From Octopus sinensis (lineage: Eukaryota), in the NCBI RefSeq assembly GCF_006345805.1, contig NC_043002.1, positions 89,776,001-89,840,000 on the forward strand: a stretch of DNA of 64,000 nucleotides, in the 5' to 3' direction. This document shows positions 12,465-24,389 of this stretch, one piece after another. Positions within the stretch are counted from its first letter, which is position 1; each line of letters begins with the position of its first letter. A model generated the notes under the pieces. The model was not told where the DNA came from. It did not search any database and saw only the letters and a list, made by a program, of their open reading frames with translations. The translations under genes were made by a program, and so were the position numbers.

Positions 12465-12999
12465 TATATTATTCTAGGTTCAATTCCACAGTAAGGTGTG
12501 ATTTGAAAAAAGGTTTGGCTGCAGGTTTCAGCAGATAAACCAACCACCTTAGAGGCTTCCTCAACTTGCAATGGTAACTTCTCTGCAAATAAATTTTGCA
12601 TCTCCGTTTTGACTTCTCGTTGGTTTCCAATTAAAAATTCTATCATTCATGTTCCTCAAAACAGCATGAACTCCACAATTTTACAACACTTCTCTATTAT
12701 ACAAATGAAGGTTTTTGTCTTGATTTATTTAAGCAACCATAATAAAATAGTTAAATAACTTCGGAAATATAGGAGGTCGTGGCGATTATGCCTTTCTCGT
12801 GGCTCTGCACTGGAGTCTAACTTAAATGAAATGGAATAGCTTAAACCAAAAATCAAAGATACGTATCAGTTTATTTCTTATTTTAAACTCTGTCTTGTTA
12901 TCGATGAACGATTCTCTCTCTGTAATCTTCTGCCTAATCTTATTATTTCTTCTAATAGTCCAAATGTTGTAAGTCAATGCAAATTAATAAAGGAAATGA

Positions 13000-13290
13000 C
13001 TTCCTTTAGTCATGAATGACCATGGGATTGTACCTAGAAAGGTCCCCTCTGAGGCAAGGTTGTTTATGGGAGACTAGTAGTCGCTGCTCCACACCAAGGG
13101 AAAGGCAACACCAATACGGCTTGGCACCAGTGATGCTGCAACTCATTTCTACAATTGAGGGAACTGGAGCAACATGAAATAAAGTGTTTTGCTCAAGAAC
13201 ACAGCACATAGCCCAGTCCAGGAATTGAACTCACTACCTCATGACTGTGAGGGCCAACAGTCTAACCACTGAGCCACATGTCCTCACAAT
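13000..13290 (-). mobile_element. tRNA-derived SINE family D
   Basis: Reverse complement TGGCTCAGTGGTTAGA...GAGTTCAATTCC...GTGTTCTTGAGCAAAACACTTTATTTCATGTTGCTCCAG; homologous to 25690-26010(+). Confidence 0.7.
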
Positions 13291-14129
13291 GAAGGCACAA
13301 GCTAATAATTATTGCTTGATTATTATTCCAACATTGATACAAGAGGTGAATAACTTTTGAATATTTATTTGTCAGAGATTATGTTGGAATTATGAGTCAA
13401 AACAACTTTCTCTCCTATCTCTCTCTCTCTCTCTCTCCCATCTCCCTCTCTCTCCCATCTCTCTCTCTCTCCCATCTCTCTCCCATCTCTCTCTGTCTCT
13501 CTCTCTCTCTGTCTTCTCATTCTCTGTTCTATCTGAATATAGATGCTTGTCTGTAATTATGTACTTTCTCTTTGATACTCCTTTAACCCCTTTCATTCAA
13601 ACCTGCCTGTGATCACCATTGGTTCTGCGATACAAACTTCCTGTTTTAAGGTAGTATGAATTAAAACCTTCCGCCAAAGTCTCATGTTAATTTATGTTTG
13701 AAACTCTAGCTTAAGAATGACACAAGAATGACACTACTAAATTCTTAATTATTTCATAAATTAATAGAAACAAAGTCAGTGTATTCCAACAGAAATATAG
13801 TAATAAAAGAGTAAAATAAGAGATTGAAGCTGACATCCAGGTAATGCAGTAGAGTGATATATTGAACTTGAGAAAAGTCTCACACATTTTATCCATGCCA
13901 CTTATCTGTTGATTATAAAGAACTTGAGTGAAGTTTATGTGTCTTTATTTGAGATATATAGTTTCACAAAGTCACACTTAATTAGATTGGTGGTGGTTGT
14001 AGTGGTGGGTATGTTTGAAATATTTGTGGAATAGGATGGATATCTGGCTTGGAGGGATGAATAATTGAGTTAAAATTTTAACACTACGTACTCTTGTAGA
14101 TATCTGCTTCAGAGACATTTCTGTGTTTG

Positions 14130-14525
14130 GTTATGTGATATTTCTCTCTCCCTCTCTGGATAGGTTTTTGTGGTGTAGTTGAATAATATCTCTCACTCTA
14201 GATAGATGTTTGTGGTATAGCTGAGCGATATTTTTCACTCCAGAGAAATTTCTGTGGTATAGTTGTATGATATCTTCCACTCTAAATACATTTTGTGTTA
14301 TTGTTGAGTGATATCTCCCACTCTAGAAAAGAACTGTGATGTTGTTGAATGATATCACTTGCCCTGGATAGGTTTCTGTGGCATAGTTGAGTAATATCTC
14401 CTGCTCTAGAGAGATTTTTGTTTGTGATTGTGTGATGTCTCCTTCTCTAGGTAGGGTTCAGTGGTGTAGATGAGTGACATCTATCACTCTAGATAGTTCT
14501 CTGTGATATAGCTGAGTGGCATCCA
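14130..14525. repeat. Degenerate ~42-bp minisatellite (~9-10 units)
   Basis: ACTCTAG-like anchors at 14195, 14237, 14279, 14320, 14361, 14403, 14444 and 14486. Consensus about GATATCTCCCACTCTAGATAGATTTCTGTGGTATAGTTGAGT. Confidence 0.8.
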
Positions 14526-14754
14526 TTTCAAGCTAACAAAAATCCTACATCCTACTATGATTCGTTAGTTTGGTATCTATTTGCAGTCAAGTGGACTGAG
14601 CTGTTTGGAGTTAAGTGATTTTACAACACTGCACCATTGAATAAGAGTGAAATGTTCGCCTATCATCTTCTTGGTCAAAGCCTCTTAAGTAAACTTGGTA
14701 GATAGAAATTGAAAGAAGTCCATCACATGTGTGTGTCTGTATGTATATATATAT

Positions 14755-14785
<31 letters not shown>

Positions 14786-14924
14786 CCCCCCCTCCCTATT
14801 CTCCCCTCCTCTTCACTGTTCCCTCTCTCTCACTCCTCATCTTTGATTCTCTGACACGTGACGAAAGATAATCTGTCCTTCTGCCCACAACCTTTGAAAA
14901 GAAAAAAACATGCTTATACTGTCT

Positions 14925-15335
14925 CCTTCATAAGCCCGTCTTCCTTTGCGTTCAGAATAATTTTTCTATCGTCTCGGCTTAACAGCTCTCACCGTTTGTT
15001 TTTACTGTTTTATTCTCACTGTCCTGTTCTTTGTATTATTTTGTTCTCACTGTCCTGTTCTTGTTACCACTTTCACCCTCTGCAAAAAATTCCAAATTTT
15101 ATTTAATTTGCTCTGCGGGAAGGACTGTTTCAACGAAGTTGCGTCTTGTCCTTGCCTTTGAAACGTGGAGTAGATGAAACAGGGACAACCGAAGAAGGGG
15201 AATATTCTTTATGTTGTATGTCTCGTTTCTCTGTTTGTTTTTTTCGTTATTCGAAAAAAAGTTCGTTTCTATGTTTTTATTTTTATGTTTTCATTTTTCA
15301 TTGTGTTCAACGTGTTTTTGATGTCCTGTACCATA
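14925..15335. mobile_element. Probable Penelope-like element terminal fragment
   Basis: Similar to 40845-41170 (CACCCTCTGCAAAA...GGACTGTTTC...GAAGGGGAATATTC...); abuts TA microsatellite; contains a GTTTC(A/G)A motif. Family assignment is inference. Confidence 0.45.
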
Positions 15336-15411
15336 TATGCATGTATACACACATATATATATGTGTTGGTATGTACATATATGTATGTATATATGCATAT
15401 ATATAATCATC

Positions 15412-15790
15412 ATCATCATAATCATCGTTTAACGTCTGTTTTCCATGCTAGCATGGGTGGGACGGTTTGACCGGAGTCTGGGAAGCCAGGAGGCTGCACC
15501 AGGCTCCAGTCTGATCTGGCAGTGTTTCTACAGCTGGATGCCCTTCCTAATGCCAACCACTCTGTGAGTGTAGTGGGTGCTTTTTATGTGCCACCGGCAC
15601 AGGTACCAGGCGAGGCTGGCAATGGCCACGATCGGTTGGTGCTTTTTACGTGCCACTGGCACAGGGATCACAACTACAATTTCCATTGATTTTTGATGCT
15701 GATGTACTTGACTCAATAAGTCTCCTCAAGCACAGGGTCGAAACGGTGTTTCTTTACTTGCCACCTGCACAGGAGTTAGTCCAGCAGCAC
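15412..15790 (-). mobile_element. RTE LINE 3' UTR / tail-derived repeat
   Basis: (CAT)n + TTTAACGTCTG + GCTAGCATGGG...CAGCTGGATGCCCTTCCTAATGCCAACCACTC. Same tail as the coding RTE at 35890-37086. More copies near 18470-18800, 19460-19700, 23880-24070, 34310-34490, 39310-39490, 41430-41670, 45080-45510, 50080-50330, 50950-51380, 61000-61270 and 63140-63290. Confidence 0.85.
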
Positions 15791-16497
15791 TAGCAACAGC
15801 CGGGTGCCAGTCATAGGATTTGGTTCAATTTCGATATATATATATACACACATATATATATATATATATATATAGTGTGTGTGTGTGCGAGTGTCTGCAT
15901 TTAAACACCCGCCCCCACTGCTTGACAATTTGTGTAGTAGTTCGCCAAGAGACCGATAGCGTAAGTACATAGCAATAGCATAGCAAAAGCAAAAGAGTAC
16001 TGTTATCAATTTGTTTAACTAAAACCCTTCAAAGCTGTGCCACAAAATAGTCACTATCTTATTTCTTTATTGCCTACAAGGGGCTAAACATAGAGGGGCT
16101 AAACAAGGGCAGACAAAGTGATTAAGTTGATAACATCGACCCCAGTGCATAACTGGTACTTAATTTATCGATCCCGAAGGGATGATTGGCTGAGTCGACC
16201 TTGCCGGAATTTGAACTCAGAATGTAATGGCAGACGAGATACCGCTAAGTATTTTGCCCGGCGTGCTAATGTTTCTGCCAGCTCGCCGCTATCTAATGAT
16301 TGAATCAAATAAATGGTAAAAGATACATATATACAGACATACACATGTGTGTGTGAGTGCATGCAAGAACCTGTATGTCCAGAGTATCACTTTGTGCTTT
16401 TCATCACATTTTGAATACAAACTTCATCCATACTGAATCACAATATACTTCTGTCAGGCCTACAAATCCACTTTTGTCTTGTGATCCTACAAACTTA

Positions 16498-16881
16498 TCT
16501 CTCTCTATATAAACGGCAGTTTGTCTGTGTGTGTGTCTGTGTGTCTGTTAGGTTGTACCCTCACCCTGACCATGGCTTTCAACCGATTCTGATGAAACTT
16601 GACACACACATAGCCCAATGTCATAATTCAAAACTAACGCAGCGAAAATTTTGAAAAGTTCCCCCAGTTCTGAAAAAAATCGATAAATTCGACATGGGGT
16701 CGAGTATCAGAAACACAAACCACAGACTGTCTAGGGGACGCAACTCGACCTTTTAACTCTCAAAAAAAAATTTACCATAATTTTTTTTCCATATTTTTGC
16801 TATTTTTTGGCTATAACTCTCTAAAAATGCTTTATAGTTATTTCCCTTACAAACCCGAGCAACGCCGGATGATACTGCTAG
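16498..16881 (+). mobile_element. Non-autonomous Helitron-like element, second subfamily
   Basis: A|TC start, TG-rich simple repeat after the 5' end, 3' CCCGAGCAACGCCGGATGATACTGCTAG|T. Last ~90 bp match 1769 and 54037; the 5' body differs. Confidence 0.75.
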
Positions 16882-17720
16882 TTGCAGTATAAATTTGACA
16901 CACAAACAAAACTAAACTTATCGCATAAATATATGGGATCACCTCTCCCACACATCATACATCTTGCACGCATGAACTCACGCATGCACACACACAACAT
17001 TATGTCTTCTATTCATGAACAATAATCTACTTCGACCATCACACTTCTTACAAATTGCTCTGTTTAACAATCTCAACAACCTCAAATAGAAACCTCAAAT
17101 AGAAGCAACACATTTTTCACATAGCCAAAACTTCATTATGAGAACCGTTTCTTTTCAGCTCCATATAATACTTCTCTTCTCAATAGCTGCAAACGCATTT
17201 ACAAAGCTTAAATATATCTTATGCTTGAGTATTGTTCAGTCAAAGTAACATAACCAACTGCATCAATAATTATAATTACAAAAGTGAACCAATAATTAGA
17301 GTATGAAAGTTATTGGTTTCATATTAACTGTTTATAAATATATTTTTTTTCTTTTACTGTCGTATTGTAAGATCACATGATTATAGTTTGATACACCATG
17401 TTTTATACACACACATACAGATGTACGTGTATCTGTTTATATAACTGTATATCTGTTTGCACACACATGCACACACACACACATCTGTATATCTGTTCAA
17501 ACATACATCCTCATGCACAAACTTACAAGCTCAAATTTTTCAGACAATCGCTAAACTTGCGCATGCACGCACACACACACACACACTCACACACACACAC
17601 ACACTCACACACACACGCACTCACACCCGCACACACACACTCATGCATACATGTATACATATGCATATGCACACTCACATGTGAGAAATGATCAATACCA
17701 AATGCTTCATTTGGAGAGAC

Positions 17721-18042
17721 AAGTATACATGTGAAAGAATACATGTGAAAGAATACATGTGAAAGAATACATGTGAAAGTATACATGTGAAAGTATACAT
17801 GTGAAAGAATACATGTGAAAGTATACATGTGAAAGAATACATGCGAAAGTATACATGTGAAAGAATACATGTGAAAGTATACATGTGAAAGAATACATGT
17901 GAAAGTATACATGTGAAAGAATACATGTGAAAGTATACATGTGAAAGAATACATGTGAAAGTATACATGTGAAAGAATACATGTGAAAGAATACATGTGA
18001 AAGAATACATGTGAAAGAATACATGTGAAAGTATACATGTGA
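17721..18042. repeat. 14-bp minisatellite AAGWATACATGTGA x23
   Basis: 23 contiguous units counted, with an A or T at position 4 and one TGCGA variant. Confidence 0.95.
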
Positions 18043-18106
18043 AAGAAAAGAGATATCTGAAGGAGTTTGATACCGTGTTCTTATGAAAGACACCTAACAC
18101 CAAGAT

Positions 18107-18141
<35 letters not shown>

Positions 18142-18955
18142 CAATATGATGTTGTGGGGTTGATACAGAAGTCAGAGCCTGTGGTTCTGTGATTCACACT
18201 ATGTTGCCTAGCTTGTTATTCTACTCCTGATTTATCAAATAAATGCAAGAAGAACCAGCTACAAGAAAGGAAACAGTTTAACATAGGTTGTTGAACTGAG
18301 AAGATATTTGACATAACAGCTGGCTCTTTTACACCTTCCAGTTTTCATTTTATCGAAGGAATTTCTGAAAAAAAGAAGAAAAAAGAATGGGTGGGGTGGG
18401 AGGTGTTTGCTGTATTAGTGCCTTATCCTGAGAATGAGTCCTCCGCTATCCGTTTATTGCAGCTCATCATCATCATCATCATCATCATTTAGCGTCCGCT
18501 TTCCATGCTAGCATGGGTTGGACGGTTCAACTGGGATCTGTGAAGCCAGAAGGCTGCACCAGGCTCCAGTCTGATCTGCCTTTCCTAATGCCAACCACTA
18601 CCGTGAGTGTAGTGGGTGCTTTTCCCGTGCCACCCGCACAGGTGCCAGACGGAGCTGGCAAACGGCCACGGACGGATGGTGCATTTTACGTGCCACCGGT
18701 ACGGGGCGAGGCGAGGCTGGCAACGGCCACGAACGGATGGTGCTTTTTACGTGCCACTGGTACGAGGCCAGTTGGGGCGGTGCTGGCAACTGGAAATATT
18801 TTTTATTTCACTGATTTTGTATAATATAACAACATAATTTGAAGTGAGTTACACCATGTTCACACCATATTCACACATGTATGTATACCCATAAAGAAAC
18901 ACACACACACACCACACACACATGTGCACCTGTTTGTATAGCTACACAAAGATAT

Positions 18956-19372
18956 CTCTTTACTCTTTTACTCTTTTACTTGTTTCAGTCAGTTGACTGC
19001 GGCCATGCTGGAGCACCGCCTTTAGTCGAGCAAATCGACCCCGGGACTTATTCTTTGTAAGCCCAGTACTTATTCTATCAGTCTCTTTTGCCGAACCGCT
19101 AAGTGACGGGGGACGTAAACACACCAGCATCGGTTGTCAAGTGATGTTGGGGGGACAAACACAGACACACAAACACACACACATACATATATATATATAC
19201 ATATATACGACAGTCTTCTTTCAGTTTCCGTCTACCAAATCCACTCACAAAGCATTGGTCGGCCCGGGGCTATAGCAGAAGACACTTGCCCAAGATGCCA
19301 CGCAGTGGGACTGAACCCAGAACCATGTGGTTATTTAGCAAGCTACTTACCACACAGCCACTCCTGCGCCTA
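18956..19372 (-). mobile_element. SINE family B (CORE-like), full length
   Basis: Reverse complement AGGCGCAGGAGTGGCTGTGTGG...GGTTCAGTCCCACTGCGTGGCATCTTGGGCAAGTGTCTTCT...(GAGTAAAA)n tail; CTTGGGCAAGT resembles the CORE domain. More copies at 20539-20980(+), 28925-29349(-), 30554-30976(+), 31792-32166(-), 33690-34038(-), 46984-47528(-) and 58250-58525(-). Confidence 0.85.
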
Positions 19373-19727
19373 TATCTGTTAGGTGATATTTACAGATACA
19401 CACACACATACATACATGTGCATATGTACATGCATACACATACCTTTATGTCATTATCATCATCATCATCATTTAGCATCCACTCACCATGCTGGCATGG
19501 GTCAGATGGTTTGACTGTAGCTGATAAACTGGAGGGCTGCAGCTAGTTCCAGTCTGATTTGGGTTGATTTCTATGTCTGGATGCCCTTCCTAATGCCAAC
19601 CGCTCCAAGAGTGTAATGGGTGCTTTTATGTTCCACCAGTATGGATGCCATTTACATAACACTGGAAATGACCACAACTACAATTCACAGGTGCCATTTA
19701 CATGGTACCATCAATGGTACCAATAAG

Positions 19728-20141
19728 GCGGTGAGCTGGCAGAAACGTTAGCCCGCCGGGCAAAATGCTTAGCGGTATTTCGTCTGCCACTACGTTCTGT
19801 GTTCAAATTCCACTGAAGTCAACTTTGCCTTTCATCCTTTCGGAGTCGATAAATTAAGTACCAGTTACGCACTGGGGTCGATGTAATCGACTTAATACCT
19901 ATGTCTGTCCTTGTTTGTCCCCTCTGTGTTTAGCCCCTTGTGGGTAATAAAGAAATAGGTATTTCGTCTGCCACTACGTTCTGAGTTCAAATTCCACTGA
20001 GGTCAACTTTGCCTTTCATCCTTTCGGGGTTGATAAATTAAGTACCAGTTACGCACTGGGGTCAATATAATCGACTTAATCAGTTTGTCTGTCCTTGTTT
20101 GTCCCTTCTGTGTTTAGCCCCTTGTGGGTAGTAAAGAAATA
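19728..20141 (+). mobile_element. SINE family A head-to-tail dimer
   Basis: A full unit is followed directly by a second unit starting at GTATTTCGTCTGCC. Confidence 0.85.
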
Positions 20142-20538
20142 GATACCATCAATGACCAGAACTACAATTCAAAGGTGCCATTTACTACGAATCGTGGGTG
20201 CCATTTACCATTTACAAAGCACCAGTGACAGCCCAACTCAGGTTATGTGTTTGTAGCAAATTAATACAACATAAAAGTTATTGTTTGCTGTTTGATACCT
20301 GCAAAGTATTTATTTCTGTTACCTTTATATCTTATAGTTGTAACCATACTTTGGTACTGTCTTGAAGTGTTCAGTTAAATGAATCAACCCCGGTACTTAA
20401 TTTTTAAGCTTGGTACTTATCCTGTTGATCTCCTTTTGCTGAACTGCTAGGTTAAACAAACCAACACCAGTTGTCAAGCAGTGTTGGATAATGAACACTG
20501 CTTGACATGTGCGTATATATATATATATATATATATAT

Positions 20539-20704
20539 AGGTGCAGGGGTGGCTGTGTGGTAAGTAGCTTGTTTACCAACCACATGGTTCCGGGTTCAGT
20601 CCCACTGCGTGGCACGTTGGGCAAGTGTCTTCTACTATCGCCTCGGGCTGACCAAAGCCTTGTGAGTGGATTTGGTAGACGGAAACTGAAAGAAGCCCGT
20701 CGTA

Positions 20705-20756
<52 letters not shown>

Positions 20757-20977
20757 CGTGTGTGTGTTTGTGTGTCTGTGTTTGTCCCCCTAGCATTGCT
20801 TGACAACCGATGCTGGTGTGTTTATGTCCCCGTTACTTAGCGGTTCGGCAAAAGAGACCGATAGAATAAGTACTGGGCTTACAAAAGAATAAGTCCCGGG
20901 GTCGAGTTGCTCGATTAAAGGTGGTGCTCCAGCATGGCCGCAGTCAACTGACTGAAACAAGTAAAAGAGTAAAAAGA

Positions 20978-20980
<3 letters not shown>
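20539..20980 (+). mobile_element. SINE family B, full length
   Basis: tRNA-like head, CORE-like segment, internal (TA)n/(TG)n and GAGTAAAAGAGTA tail. Confidence 0.9.
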
Positions 20981-21011
<31 letters not shown>

Positions 21012-21204
21012 GACAGGCTTCTTTCAGTTTCTGTCGACCAAATTCCCTCATAAGGCTTTGGTTGGCTTGGAGCTACATGAGAAGACACTTGCCCAGATTA
21101 TTGCACACTGGGACTGAACTCACTGTAAAACACTTTGGGCTTGGGCTTTGATCAGCTCAGGGTTGTCCAGTGTGCTAGCAATTCTACCAAGTTTGCGACC
21201 TTCA

Positions 21205-21238
<34 letters not shown>

Positions 21239-21423
21239 TAATTTCGAATTTTGGACCTTCAGAGGAAGGGGATAAGTCAATTACATCGATCCCAATGTTC
21301 AACAGGTACTTACTTTATCAATCCCGTAAGGATGAAACGCAAAGTCAACCTTGGCTGAATTTGAACTCAGAATGCTGTTTAGCATTTTGCTCGGTGTGCT
21401 AATGATTCTACCAACTCACCACC

Positions 21424-21460
<37 letters not shown>

Positions 21461-21497
21461 TAATAATGATAATAATAATAATAATAATGATAATAAC

Positions 21498-21544
<47 letters not shown>

Positions 21545-21552
21545 AGATAATA

Positions 21553-22115
21553 AATGCCCTGATGCAGTACCAGGCAGTGGCTCTCGTGGCTTCTGATCTT
21601 AACTGATTGGAAGTGTTATCATGTACATTGTTTTGTCTTCGTGTAAAAGATGGACAACAGGAAATATTCTGCTCAATACCACATATTCACTCGTCAGTTG
21701 TTTGACCGTAACCAGTTGAGCATGTCCCTTAGTGGCTGACAACATGTGCATCTCTAATCACGAGCAGAAGTAATAGGGGAGCATCATAGCCATGTGTTGA
21801 GAGGAATTCTTTGGGGTTTGAATAATTCACTTCTGGAAATATGGGTGTTTCGTTCAACATCCTTAAACAACCCTTATTCAGGGACCTTTTGAGCAGTATG
21901 GGTTACTCAACCAGACAAAAATTCTAACTGGGCCCCACCTGCAAGGTCATGCACTTGCACTGTTTATCTTGATATGAGATCACCATGTCGTGCACATATG
22001 GTTGTGATGCATGTGCCTAGTATACCCGTATCAGACGGGTAGTCATGATGGGAATACTGGGCTTCACATATTTTACCCCAGTGTCACTTTGATGGCATGC
22101 ACTGCTCTCTCACTC

Positions 22116-22116
<1 letters not shown>
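21553..22116 (+). mobile_element. Unclassified ~560-bp interspersed repeat with (AAT)n tail
   Basis: GC-balanced block bounded by (AAT)n on both sides, ending CTCTCTCACTC(AAT)n like a retroposon 3' end. Only one copy in the window, so repeat status is inference. Confidence 0.45.
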
Positions 22117-22162
<46 letters not shown>

Positions 22163-22457
22163 TGATAATAATAATGATAATAATAATAATAATAATATTA
22201 ATAATAATAATAATAATAATCCCTTCTGCTATAGGCATTAGACCTGATATTTTGGGGTAGGGGGTAACTTGATTACATTGACCCCAGTGCTCAACTGGTA
22301 CTTTATATTATCGATCCCGAAAGGATGAAAGATAAAGTCGACCCTGGCAGAATTTGAACTCGGAATGTAAAGATGGATGAAATGTCGCTAAGCTTTTTGC
22401 TTGGTGTGCTAATGATTCTGCCAGCTTGCCGCCTTACTACTACTATTAATAATAATG

Positions 22458-22502
<45 letters not shown>

Positions 22503-23764
22503 TGTATGTGTGTGTGTGTGCATATATACACACAGGCATAAGATTAAAACATTAACAGATTAATAGATCGATTGAATTGTAATGTTCATCAACAATAATA
22601 ACAATTACACAAAAAAAAAAAACAGAGGATAAGGTTTATAGCATGCAAAATTTATGTTTTCGTGATGTTTTCCATCACTAACATTTAATTACATAAACAG
22701 TATATAAAACAATAAATATATATGAACGTTGCTCTGAGTTAAAAGCAAAAGTGGTTGATAAGATCTAATACAGCTGAAACAGTTGACTTGGCTGAATTTA
22801 CTCTTTTTGTTCTTGTTTGTGTCTATGAGTTACAAAGAATTGTTAGACTTGAGGGCATAATGTAGTATTGATCAGAAGGAAACGCATGTGCACGCATGTG
22901 TCCCGGAAAACAATATCTAGTTTTGTCTTAGTTGTTGATGATCATGATGACAATGATGAGACTATGTATATATTAGCTACATTGTGTGTAGCATGACTTT
23001 ATTATAAAACTGAACAATGCTATGACAATTGTACACATTCTGGATGTAAACATTGTTTAGTGTCATCTATGTTAGTATTTTGGACATTAGCAAGAAGAAG
23101 GTCAGTATGTACAAAGTAAGTGATGTTGGCTAAGATTCATAATTAACAATGAAACAGTATTTTGTTTTTAATACTCTCGTTTATATGAGTGAGTTGTATA
23201 AATGGTAAAGTGTCTGATATTGGTTTAAAATTTAGGCACAAGGCCAGCAGTTTTAGGGGTGGGGCTAAGTCAATAAGACTGATCCCAGTGCTCGACTGGT
23301 TCTTATTTTATCAACCCCAAAAGGATGAAAGGCAATGTCGACCCCGGCAGAATTTGAACTCGGAATATAAAAATGAATGAAATTCTGTTAAACATTTTTC
23401 CTGGCATGCTAATGATTCTGCCAGTTCGTTGCCTTAACTTAGTGTATAATATTGATTTGTACCAACACCTGATTAATTAAAGTATATTAGTTAGTGCTTC
23501 TGACCATTGCAGGCCCTCCCACACTGGTGCAGTTTTGGCAGTTAATGTTTATTTGAAGATCAACAGGATGCAGAGGTAATTCTGGAAGGAATTATGTCCC
23601 TTTTGTGCTCTGAGTTCAAACCCCATTGAGGGCTGCTTTACCTGTCATCCTTGTCCACATTCATAGAGCATGTCCAATAACTTGGTAGACACTGACACAA
23701 TCTGTGCTCAACCTTCAGTCGAGAGCAGTGTTAATGGGGGAGTTTGACTAGAGCAGTATGCCTG

Positions 23765-24194
23765 TTAACCCTTCAACGTTCAGATTACTCTGTCAAATAT
23801 AATGCTTATTTATTCACATTGCTTTGATTTAATCATGCCTTATCTTGTAGCTTTGAAATTTCGACATTGATGATGGTAAACATCATCATCATTTAACATC
23901 CATTTTCCATGCTGGTTTGTGTTGGATGGTTTGACCAGGGCTGGCAAGCAGGAAAGCTGCACAAGTTCCAGTTTGATTTGGCTTAGTTTCTCTCACTGCA
24001 TGCCCTTCCTAATACCAACCATTTTACAGAGTGTGCCGGATGATTTTTACATGGCACTGACATGGGTGCTTTTATGCATTTATTTCTAGAATGCTATTGT
24101 AGGGTAGGTAGAAGAGGCTGGATCTGGCCAGCTTGAACATAAAACAAGTAGAATTTTGGGGCCAGATATGGCTTGTTTAAGTGCTAAAAGGTTA
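23765..24194. mobile_element. TTAA-flanked (piggyBac-like) MITE with RTE tail inserted
   Basis: TTAACCCTTCAACGTTCAG...AAGTGCTAAAAGGTTA; homologous to 42137-42364 and 43567-43784. Confidence 0.7.
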
Positions 24195-24198
24195 CACT

Positions 24199-24355
24199 GT
24201 AATGCAGGTGTCCCAACGTCAGCTCTGTATGGAAAGAAACCATGTGTTGCACAAAAGAGGAAAATCTCACTTGATCTTGATTTTCAGTACAAATATGAAC
24301 TGAAAAACATAGCCTATTGATCCTTTCTGAATAGTGGCAAGCTATCCATCTGCTG

Positions 24356-24389
<34 letters not shown>

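Noticed and set aside
17721-18042. CRISPR-like appearance of this array and of the 29-bp and 42-bp arrays
   Set aside because: No unique spacers, no cas genes, and a eukaryotic context.
17523-18139. Three overlapping long repetitive ORFs (SFTCILSHVFFHMY)n
   Set aside because: A 14-bp stop-free unit opens all three minus-strand frames; no evidence of coding.
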